26,844 bases of DNA, taken from Candidatus Omnitrophota bacterium. Its GTDB lineage: Bacteria; Omnitrophota; Gorgyraeia; Gygaellales; Profunditerraquicolaceae. The position numbers and the translations under genes are program-made. Under the pieces are notes generated by a model. That model was not told where the DNA came from. It saw only the letters and a list, made by a program, of their open reading frames with translations, and searched no databases. How positions within the stretch are numbered: position 1 is the stretch's first letter; each line of letters starts with the position of its first letter. Positions 12,301 through 24,300 of the stretch are shown in pieces. The stretch spans positions 1 to 26,844 of the forward strand of contig JAQUMS010000001.1 in assembly GCA_028717985.1 (NCBI GenBank), given 5' to 3'.

Positions 12301-15300
12301 CATTCCTAAAAATAACTTTTTCTATTGGAGTCAAATGATAATCTTTAGCGTCGGATATATTGGTTTGTTCTTCTACCATACGGCTTTTAAATTCAATAAA
12401 AGAATGATTAATTTTAAGAAAAAACCAAGAGGTATTTGTTGGTAAAACATAATCCTGGTTCCGATATCGTATAAAAGTTTTACCTTCGTCTCCTTTATCC
12501 TCACTAATTGTAAATTTTTCACCGTTACATCTTAAAATAACACTGCCATTCTTATTAACGGTTAATTTTATTTTCTTTCCGCCAAGGGTAAAAGAAACTC
12601 CTTTTCTGCTAATCAAATGAAATTTATCTGTTTTTAATGGTGTGGTCCTAAAGAAAATTTTTCGTTCTTTCACATTTTTGCCATCTTCTATTCTCTCCAC
12701 ATTTATTACAATCCCCTCTACTTTCGTGTAATAAAAATTCCCGTTCGCCTTGCCGATAACCATAACTTCATCATTAATTTTAACTCCCATTCCCTGCAAA
12801 ATAGCCGCCATGGAAGACTGGTCAAAAGAACATGGCACGGCCAAACCATTGATAGCGCCTACCATTTCATAGACGCCCGGATATACTCTTCGTTCATTAC
12901 TAATATGTTGATTGCCCTTTTTCAATTCTCCGGTCAAATATCTGCTCATGACGTAAAAAAGATTTTGCCAGCTTGCTCTATTAACCCCAAAACTCGCCCC
13001 ATTCAAACTCTCGGTTATAATACCGGGAGCAACCCATTCCCGATCGATTCTCCGGGCAACAGAAAACATATTAGCGCAAAAGAAGTTCCAGTCTACAGGA
13101 AGATTATCACGAAAACGGAATGTAATATCTTTGATGTTTTCAAAAATCTGTTCCTCAACCGACTTTCCTGTAATCCTTTTCAATGTCAACAATTCTATTT
13201 TAGAATCACTCAAAGTAAATATGCTCGGGAAAACGCCAATATCTCCGGTCGCTAACGGATATTTATCCCATCCTGGAACATTCAATAATGAATCTTCCAG
13301 CTTTCGTATGTGGCCACCGTCATCAGAAACCCCATCTATCGCAAGAACAATTAATCTTTTATAATTCCTGTATTTATCGCCTGCTTTTTTCATAAAATAA
13401 TTAACTAACGATTTTAAAAAAGAAGTGGTTCTAATCCCTGCGCCTCCAATCCAAATGTACTCGATTGGAGGGGCACGCGCAAGTTTTGTAAAATTAAGGT
13501 TTGAATAAAGAGATTTTGAGTCTTTAATTTCAAGGATACCAACAATTCCCGCTACAATTTCATCTAAGAATCTTCCGGTGTGATCGGCTTCCACTTTAAG
13601 TATTTGCAGTACTTCATCGGCATCTTTCTGATATAATCTTTCAAATAAAACAAGATTCTGTTTATAATCTTCCTTACGGCTCATACCTAAGCCGCCGTCG
13701 TTTTGACTGGGGGCGGTTATTTCAGATTCAGATATTCTTATCAATGCTTCCAGTTCTTTAATCCCGAATAATCTCTCTCCTCTATGTTCTCTGGCGTATT
13801 CAACCGCACCTTTAAGCACCAATCCTGTCCCCACTTCATTCCCACCTACATAATTTTTATGCACAATATCCATGACATCTTTCTTTCCCTTAGACGTCAC
13901 ACTCACGCTTCTCTCAAATCCCATCTCCTCATACGCCGGCCAATCGTTCCCACCCTTCTTTTCGTCATCTCCCAGGTATATCGCATCCAGTTCTTCTTGT
14001 TCTTCTGCTTCCTCATTTAACGCGTTCAAACGGTATCCTGTATATTCCTTAATATTCCCCTCTTTATCAAACACATTCAAACTCGCCGCTCCATTGGCTA
14101 CAACTATAAACCGGTTCCGAATCTCTACCGGCAATGCATCTTCTGCTAATATCCTTTGTAATGTCAATCCTAAATCATTTCCCGAGATCAACATATATAC
14201 CCCGCCTGCATTCAAGTATTCTATTAACGCCCTGTATGCCGCGCTTTTCTTCAATATCGGGTTCTCTGTTGCAGTCGGTTTTCCATATAACGTTCCATCT
14301 CCATCTGACATCACGATTGTCATAGTCTTCCTTGCGTCTATTACGATTCCCGCTTCATATCCTGCCACTTCAAGGATTTCTACCAGATGGCTTCGTACGT
14401 ATCTGATCGGTAATGCTTTATCTACTCCGGCGATATTTGCTTCCACTGTCATGAATCCGCCCATCTTCAACGACATCTTCTCCGCCCCAGGCAATCTCCT
14501 AAATTCTTTCATTGTATCTTCTCGATAATTCAACGGTATCCCGATTATCGCTACCTGCGCTGCTTCTCCACTTGATTCATTCCTGCCTCTTACTTCTATA
14601 CGCGGAATACTACTACTATCGCGCTTTAATAAGGTTTCTGTGCTGTATTTTGCCGGTTCTTTTCCATATTCTTCTACTGCTTCCCACAACCCCTGCACTT
14701 TCGATAGGTCAGCATACGCGGATTTTCCGCCAGTACTCAGTTTCTCTAAGAATTTACGAATCTGCCTCCCTCCTTCTTCTACAAGCATCTCGGTCAATTC
14801 TTGACTTAATAAAGTACTGATTATATTATATTTTTGTTTAAGATTGAAAAATGTTCCTATAATATCATGATCATAAACATTAACACTAGCACAAAAATGT
14901 TCTAAATAAAGGTTGTCAACCAACAATAAAACCGACTGCTTTAAGGGCCTAAATTCTTCTATTTTTTCATATAATATTTTATGTTCCTCTTCTGTTAAAA
15001 GTTCTTTAACATAGAATAAAGTCATATGGTAAAGTACGGGATTAAATTGATTAAATTCCAAAAAAGACTCTTTCACACCCTTATTTATTGAATCGAATAT
15101 TTTATAGTCAGAAACGCCATCTGGATAAAATTCCAAGATAATAATGCCCCCTTTAAATGCTCCGATTTTTATCCCTGACAATCTTAAAGAACCAGGAAAT
15201 GAATCTTCTACTTTGTTTCTTAATAATAAAATAACATCATGATTATTAGGTGTTGCATTATTAATTACTCCGAGTGTAATATGTAAATCATGCTCTTTAA

Positions 15301-18300
15301 CAAAAATCATCTTTTTCTGTAATGATTCCGGCAATACCCCATATAATCCTTGCTGTATACTTAATATCTTTTTGGCATTTTCATCGTCAGGCCTTATAAT
15401 TGTTGATAAACCTTCTAATGGCAACGGATTATTATCTTTATCAATACAAACTGCAATCCCCAAATCTTTTCTCGTCTTTGCTACTGCTGCTCTACTAACT
15501 TTATAAACTTGCTTATACGCATCCTTATATTTTTGTTCAAGAGATGACTTATCATCTTTATTCTTTATTGTATTATTTTTTCTTTCTCCGCCGTCATTTT
15601 CAATTTTAGAGGGTTCATGTTCAACCCTGATCTTCTCAATAACCCCAACCAGATTCTCATTCTCATACAATGGACTCTGCGTCTCAATTCCTGTAACCTT
15701 GCTCTCATCTATCCTGACTATCTCTATTCCTCTCGCCTGAAGATCCGCCTCTTCTCCCTCTCCAAATAACGGCTGTCCTCCCTTTACATGCTTGCTAACC
15801 TGCGCGCTTCCCTGCAATACCAGCTTCGCGTCTTTCCCTTTAATCTTTACTTCCCCTAATTTTACTTTCGCGTCTTCTGATAATTCAGGCGCTATCACAT
15901 GCGAAATTATCTCTTCTATCTTTACTTCCCTTCCCAATACTTTGCTTATATGCCACGTTATCGCCTCAAGCTGTTTATTCAACGTCAATTGCTCGCTTAT
16001 ATTCAACTCATATTCTTCTTCTTCCTTTATATCCTTACTTTCAACTACCTTACCTTCTTTCTCTATCCTTACATCCTTTGATGTTTCCAAATCTGCTTTC
16101 ATCTTAGCTATATATACTACAGGCACTCCTAATCTTCTCCTGTTTACCAATTCTTCCGCTACTTCCTTATATAACAATACAGGCATCAATGATGTCCATA
16201 AGGACCCGTTCCCCATCACGATTGCTTTCGCCCTGCTCAACGCTTCAACCGCTTGCCTGCTCGCTTTTGGATAATTCTCCGAATTTATATCCAGTTCTAT
16301 AAAATTATTCGCTTCTTTACCTATATCTACCCGGTGCGTAAAGTATTCTTCCCTTATAAATTCTTTATGCGCCTTATCCGTCATGATCGTCTGCGCAGCT
16401 ACTAATCCACCATTCTCATATTTTCCTACCAGCGCACTATGTTCATAATCGTAACTTACGGGGATAAACTGCGTTTCTCCCAATGCCATCAGTTTATCAA
16501 GATTCGGGAATCCTACCGCTTGGCTGTCTTTTCCTCCACTCAGTAATCCCATGTCGTACGCCGCTCCCATCAACAACAAATTCGCGCTCGACATCTTCTT
16601 TAACGGTATGATACCTTGTCCTACTAATTCACGGTCTACCAACTCTCCCAGATTTAATACGCTGGATAAAAATATAAGATAATCTGTTGATTTTTCAAAT
16701 TCTTCGGATGGATTCTTTAATATCTTCCTGATGAGGCTCTTGATCTCTTCTTTTTGGGTGGGTTCTTCTATTGCAGTCAATACTTCACTTAATCTCTTTT
16801 CCCACACAGGATACAACTTCTCTCCCGTTATTCGCCCTTTAGTCGTTACGTATTCCGGCATTTTATCCGCGTCTGATTCACTCCAGAATAACGTGAATAT
16901 TTTGAAGTTATCGTTGCTTAAAAATATCGCCAGCCCTGACGCGTCTCCCGGAGGGATAAAATACATCCCCAGATTCTTGAACAGGCTCGCCATGATTTCC
17001 CAGCTCGCTCCTCCGTCATCTGATGATGATATTATACATGCTATCTTCCTCAATCCTTTGGCTATCAGCCTCTGTAAAAACGTTGTGGTCGCTTTCCCGC
17101 CGCCACCAAGGTATACTAAGTCTAATAACCCTTTCTTTTCCGGCGGACCTCTCCCTTCATACTGCTCTAAGATTGATTCCTTATATTTCTGGTAATACCC
17201 ATCCTGAAAATATCCTGCCAATATTCTCCCAACGCTTAATCCCGTGTTCTTCTTCACATCCCATACCGCTTCTTCCAACTGCCGGTTATTCCTCTTCAAA
17301 TTGTCTTTATACACCGATTCCAGAAAACCCAATGTCCTCGCCGCACGCGCATCTATCCCTGCATAGAATTTCATGAATTCTATTCCCTCTCTGCCTCCGT
17401 ATATTTTATCTGCTCCTGCAAAATACTCTTCCGCTGTCTTTGATACCTCATAAATATTTTTCATCTCTTCCAACGCTTCGTATAACTCTTCACCTCTCTT
17501 CATCCCTATCCCAAGCTGGTATAAATCTATCCAACTGGCACGGTTTAGATAATTTAAATTGAACTGCCGGTATACTTCCGACAATACTTCCATCCGTTCC
17601 GCAAACGTCAATGACCTGTTTACTCTCTTTACGTTCTGCCTCTTCAGATATGTCTCTGCCGCGTTTAAACAATAGTCTCCTGCTTCCCTCAACTCTACAA
17701 ACGTCTTCCCTTTGGACATACCATCCAGAAAATAATACACCACTCCCAATCCAAACCCGATATGCTTAAATCCTTCTACCTCATAATTTTCATCCGTCTT
17801 CTCTACGATATCATTTATATATCTTCTTACCCCTTCAACATTCTTAAACGGCAAATCTTCTGAATACACCTGCAGATTCCCGAATAATAACGCATCTTTC
17901 CCTTCTATCTCTCTGCTTAATAAGTAATCCCTTAACGCATGGTCTTTCCCTGTATGTCTCTTACGGATATCTATTGATGTAATGCCCGACTCCCTCACTG
18001 TGTATTCTTCCCAGAACAATGAATGGTATTTCTTCAACAATTCTATCGTCCCTCTGCAACATTCTTCTCGCGGCGACATCTCTCCTTCTTCTATATTAAC
18101 TATCTCCAGCTTCTTCGACGGCAGATGGATTATACTCACGCTATACACTCTTCCTTTGGCATCACGATGCAGGATCACTTCCGGCTTCTTGAACGGATAG
18201 TTCGGGTATTTGTTCCTCATCAAGCTCTTGTTCCCTTCATACTCCGCCCAGAATCGATTCGCCTGTTCCTTTAATACGCTTTCTATTACTTCTACCTGTT

Positions 18301-21300
18301 TCTCCGGAATATAATTCGAATTGTTGTAATCGTTCTCTGTCAACGGTATTCCGTATTCATTGTATTCTACCTTAAATGTCCCAGCCGACGCGTATACTGC
18401 CAGGTTCTTTCTTACGTCATACGGCAGGTATTTTACTATTCTCGTCGCTAATCCTTTTTCTCCCGTATGATCATCATCGTAATACCGTAAGTTACTGATC
18501 AACACGATCTTCTGCCCTTTCCTCAGCAGTTCCACCAACGGCTCCCGCACAAAGCTTTCTTTTAATGTCCCTTTACGGAATTTGTCATACGGCAAAATTA
18601 CTCCATCCGGACCTCCCAATACTATTACTTCCGGATTCCCGCTCCTTTCGTAGCCGCCGTCGCTAGTCATCCACGCTTTCAGCATATCCAGCGCAGGTTC
18701 AAGGATCGCTTTCACCTCGTCCAAATCCTTTGCGTCCCTTACTTCGAATATAATTGTCGGCGATCCGCCCAACGCCATCCTGATCACGTTGGCTATCCCA
18801 TACACATACGTCGCATCATCTACCGTGATATTCTCTTCTACCATCTGTGTCCCTAATCCTTTACCGTATGTATTGGTATATACTATCGCTATATTGAACA
18901 CATTCTCAGGATGCGACATGATCGCTTCTATACCCGTATGCGCCACTCCAGGCAACCCTAATAACGGACATGTGATCCCTTTCCCTGCGAACCGCTCTAC
19001 TATTCCTCGTGCAATCGCTTTGATCTTCGGGTTCTCCGCGTCCACTTCCATGAACGTCAACGGCATATACATCATTTTCTCTTTTCTGCCTGTGAACATC
19101 TTGATCAGATACATCCCCAACGCTTCTGCCGCGCTGTAGCCTTCTGTCTCTATCTCTTCTCCCTTTTCTACCGCGACTGATATCTTCATCTTATCCTGAT
19201 CTTGAGTCTCTATCACTACCTGCTGATTCAATGTTACAGGTTTATTATCTGTCTTTCTCATCGCATCCATAAACGATTTCCCAAACGCAGCTTCCATATC
19301 CGATATCTTGCTTCCGCCCGCTTCTGCAAAATCGCTCTTGAACACTTCTTCTGCTATCGCGCTCGTTAATACTCTCACCACTCTCGATTCTGCAATCATT
19401 AATTTTGTTCCCACCTCAACTATCGCTTCCATGAATGTCCTGAAATCTTCACCTTCCGCCTCTTCATATCCACGCCGTATAATTCGTTTTGTTTTATCTT
19501 TCTTATCCACATCTATGCTCTTTTCAGATTTTATACGGTTCTCGGTTTCTTTCGCCTGTATTTTGGATATAACGTCTTCAAAGGTTACACGGATATCTTT
19601 ATCTCCGCGCGCTTTCTTGGCTTTCTCTATCTCAAACATCGCCGCAGTGATCTCTCTGACGAATTTTACCGCGGGATTCGAATTCGCGTCCTGTTTCGTC
19701 AAATAGGTAAAGTACACTACCATATCCTGTAATAACGAGCTTGTCCTTCCGATGACTTCCAAATTATTCCTTAAATCTTCCTTTATATCTAATGATACTA
19801 TGATTACCGGGATCCCTCTTCTTTCAAGGCTTTCCGCATATTCGTATGCTTGTCTGTAATTACCATTGTTCCGGTTCAATAAGAAGATCGGCAACTGGGT
19901 ATTCCCTGCCTGCTCAAACACTGTTTCATATAAGGTACGGTCTGATTCCAAGCCATATCCTACCAACACGTTGTTATTCGTTCCGCCGGCAATGTTCTTG
20001 TTTGCCCCTTCGTTATTTAACTGCAGGAATTCTTTGGCTATGAATCTTAAATCATTGTCGTAGATTATCGCGAACCGGTTATGCCCATTCATTCTCTGCC
20101 TGAACAGCATTTCCGCAAGTTTGATTCCACCACTTTTTAAACCATTGCTATACGCTAATTCCTCATTGGCTCCTGCCATGGTCGAAACGTAGTATTCCAA
20201 ATATTTTCTCGCTTCTTCCACGTCTTTTAATCCGGCTACTAACCCTAAGTACAACGGGATATACACCATCAGGGTTTTCCTGTTCATCTGTCTGCCGCCG
20301 ATATCCCCGGGTATATCGTCTATAACCAATATTCTCGCGTCTGCATCTTTCATTAATTCTTTGCCTGCTTCATTTAATTTTCCGCTGTTGGCTGCTACAA
20401 TTCTCTGTTTAAACCGGTCTTTGGTCGCGTTGAAGAAATCCACTGTTTCTTTCGTGCTCCCGCTTCGGGACATTTCGAATATTAATGTGTTCTTGTTATT
20501 CGCTCCAGCAGGAATGATCTTCAAATGCGCCGGGTTATTCACTACCACCCATTTCACATGGATACCTCTCATCTCAAAGTATTTGTTCAATGCCCACGCC
20601 AGCTGATGTGTGTACATTTCATTCGCGCCAATCCCTGATGTGAACACGTATTCGATTCTTCCTAAGTCTACTGTCGCAAAATACGCGTCTAACCGCTCAA
20701 TTAATTCTTTCAGATCAGGATATTTACTTGCTCCTTTGATTGCGGTTAATCCAAGGAACCTGCCTGTGAAATCGTTCATGTTATCTCTGAACACAAACGA
20801 TACCATACCTGCTGTTTCTCTCATGAATCTCAAATACTCTGTTATTGCCCCGCCTTCTACACTGCTTTCGCCGCCTTCTATTCCATATCCTTCCGCTTGT
20901 ATATCCACGCTGATCTTTTTATCCGCGAATTCGCCTTTTCCGTATTCTTTTACCTGTCTTAGTTTGTAATCTTCTACCACTGGCCGGAAGAACTTCACTC
21001 CCTCTAATATCTCTGCCGCTTCGTCTGTTCCCAATCCTGCCGCTTCTGCCATTCCTTTTACAAACGCCACGCTGTCTATGGATGTCCTTAAGATCTGTAC
21101 CACTCTCTTGTAATCGCTGATTCCAAGCATCCTCATTACATAATCCAGTTCCACTAAGAATCTTCTCGCGTCTAAGCTAAAGGTACCTTGTCCTTCATTC
21201 GCTAAGACTTCCCCGCCGTCTCTATAGCTCTTAGAGTTTGCGTCCTTCGTCCTTCGTCCTTCGTCCTTCGGAGAAAATTCTCCGCCGTCGTTAGTGTTAA

Positions 21301-24300
21301 ACAATTCCATCATTTCAGCAGCTTTCTCCGCGTTCATCTTCACCACTTCTGCAATATGCGCCGCCGGTAATTCTGCCATCGCCTCTTCCATGGAAACCTG
21401 GCCTAAGCCCATGATAAACGGCCGTGAGTTAAACAGATAATCGGTTGTAAACGTGTGGATTAATCCATCCCGGGTCCTGCCCAGGGATTTCAATAACGCT
21501 TTTCCGGTCTGCTGAAGCGGTTTTCTGGTTTCGCGGTTCAACCAAGCCTTCAGACAAGGTTCCATTTCCGTCAAGATTGATATGGACATCGCGTCGCCCA
21601 TCTGAGCGATTCGTATAAATCTGCCTATCATCGCGTTGCTCACAGCACGGGTAAGTTTAACCGGTTTTATTTCCGCCCCATATTGATCTGCGGCTTCCTT
21701 CCCGAACAAATACGCCTTAAGCTCAATCAAAATACGATTAACCAGGTATGTTTCTTCAACAGGAATTGTTCCCAATGTCTTGATCTTGGCTATTTTAACC
21801 AGCATTGTTTTTTCCGCGTAGGCTGATTGCAATAATTCCATCACGATGTTTTCATCCGTAAATTTATGGTTTTTCTGCAAACCAATATCGTTAAGATATT
21901 CCGTCAAGAAGTTCACCGCGCGATACCGAACAAGCATATCTTCCGCGTCAATGCTTAATTCCACTAAAGCCTTTGGCAAATCAAAATTTTCGGCATTAAG
22001 TTTAATTAACGCGCGGTAAGCCTGGATCATTGTGTCGCGATTCGCAAGCGCTTCACTCAACGCGCTAATAACGGCTTCATCGTTTACGCCTAATTCTCCA
22101 AGCGCTTCCGCCATACGAACACCGGCCAATGGATCTTCGTTTTCCAATCTATTGATCAATACATGCTTTGTTTCTTCCGCGAAAACGGTATTCTGAAGCT
22201 GTTTCACTAATTCAAGAATACGCGTCCGGGAAATCTCAGTTCTTAAAAGTTCAACACCATCAGCAGTTACATCTGTTCTTCCGTCCACCATCCATTGTCC
22301 TTCGCCTCCCTGCTCAACATCCCCGCCGTCTCTATAGCTCATAGAGTTTGCGTCCTTCGTCCTTCGTCCTTCGTCCTTCGGATTAACATTTTCTTCCTGT
22401 CTATTTTTAATGTTATTTTCAATTAATTCTCTATCACTTTCAGATGGAGTATAGAATCGCGCGATTTCAGATAATTCCCTAGTTATCAATAACCGCTGTA
22501 GCCTGCTTAACGCAGGATTAACTTCCATGTTGCGTAATACTCCGACTTCATGCCTGAATAACTTCCGGGTAATAGGATGTATTTGCCTATTATCTCCACC
22601 GTCACGATAGCTCATAGATGATAGCAGATAGCTCGTAGTTCTTTGCTCTTTGCTCTTTCTCTTTGCAAAACCGTTATTGCCTTTACTCTGTGCGCTATAC
22701 TCTGTACTCGGTCCTTGAACTACTTGGTCTCTTGATCCCTTGAGCACTTGGGCACTTGTTTCTCCACCATCGTTGGTGTTCTTAGCTTCTTGGTCGCTTG
22801 GGTTCTTGGTCTCTTGGACACTTACATTTAGTGATTTCTTAAGAAATTCTGCCGCTTCCAATACATTCGCAGAAATTGATTCTAAACTGATCCAACCCTT
22901 AACTGAATACTCCTGAATTTTGTTGATTTCTGCTAAAGCATCAATAATTTCCTGATCTGTCCCTGTAACTGTGTATGGAGCGTAGGTATAAACATGAACC
23001 CTTAAAGGAGCTACCTGTTGCACGAAATGCTGTATAAAATCAAGATAGGATATTCTCATCTGTAAAGGCTTGGACATAAGAATCACGGTATAATCGCCGA
23101 AAGATAATAAACCGCTTGATAAAAGCATTTCCTTTGCATTTTTTATATTCTCATTTGTATTGGTCGATTTAGTTTCCAGGATAATCTTCTCTTCCGGAAC
23201 AACATGAAGCGTCAATAACTTCGCGATAATTTCAGCTTCGCTTAAAACTTCAATATTTTCAAATACATTGCCGAAACCGGCCTTCCTGACGTTTTCAATT
23301 AACGGAGCAGTTAACCTGCCTTGAGCGCCTGAAACCAAAATCTTATCAGTCTTTCCTTCAGTATACAACCCGGACGCATGCCTCATGGTTGATAGATCAT
23401 CATTACCTAATAAAATGGTCATATCAGCTTTATACACTGGCAGAACGCTGATCTTATCATGAGCCATAGTCAAATAATCGGCAATTGTCTGCAATGCTTT
23501 TGCCTGCTGTTCTCTGGGATCTGCTTTCTTTCCGGCTAACCATTCATTCAGCTTCCCGGTCTTATGGGCATACCACAAACCTGCTGCGAGGCCAATTCCA
23601 ACACCTGCCACAATACCGAAGAATTGAGTCTCAGCCATGAATTTCAAAAGCGAGCCATTGTCAACAAAGAAACCTCCATCGTTATGTTTTGCTTCTGTAA
23701 TTTCAATCAGGATATCTGCAAGATAATTATTTTCATAAAGCGGTTTCTGCTTTTTTATACCTGTTATATGATCTTCAGGCACATCAATGATTTTTATTCC
23801 TACCGCCTCCAAAGATTCCCGCTCAGTCCCCAGAAATAATGGCTGTTTACCTTGCACTTTTTTGCTTACCTGCGCCTTTCCTTCTTTAATCGCAAGGGCA
23901 TCTGTTCCCGTAATAATTATTGTGCTCAAATATTCCGAAGTTTCCGGTTTTAAATCAGGAACCACTACATGCGAAATAATATCTTCAATCTTGACTTCTT
24001 GATTAAGTGTCCTGCTTACATGCCGCCGTACAGCCTCAAGCTGCCATCCTAAAGATACCTGATCTTTAATATTTAATGTATACTTATCATCTTTACTCAA
24101 TGCCGCCTTATCAACCGGTTCACCTTTATTATCAAGAATCTTAATCGATTTTGCAGTCTCTAAATCCGCCTTTATCTTGGCTATGAATACTACCGGAACT
24201 CCAGCTTTTCTTCTTGATACCAATTCTTTGGCGATTTCAGGATATAACAACACTGGCATCAAAGATGTCCATAAAGAACCATTACCCATAATTATTGCTT

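Noticed and set aside
21241-22382. (CGTCCTT)4 cassettes as a CRISPR array
   Set aside because: There are only two copies, about 1 kb apart and internally tandem, with no unique 30-40 nt spacers and no cas genes. They are translated in frame.
11290-22540. HEFGR (about 11335), LHEIV (about 11645) and RHEVG (about 22520) as zinc-metalloprotease HExxH motifs
   Set aside because: The second His is missing in all three. At most they are degenerate remnants, and a protease call is unsupported.
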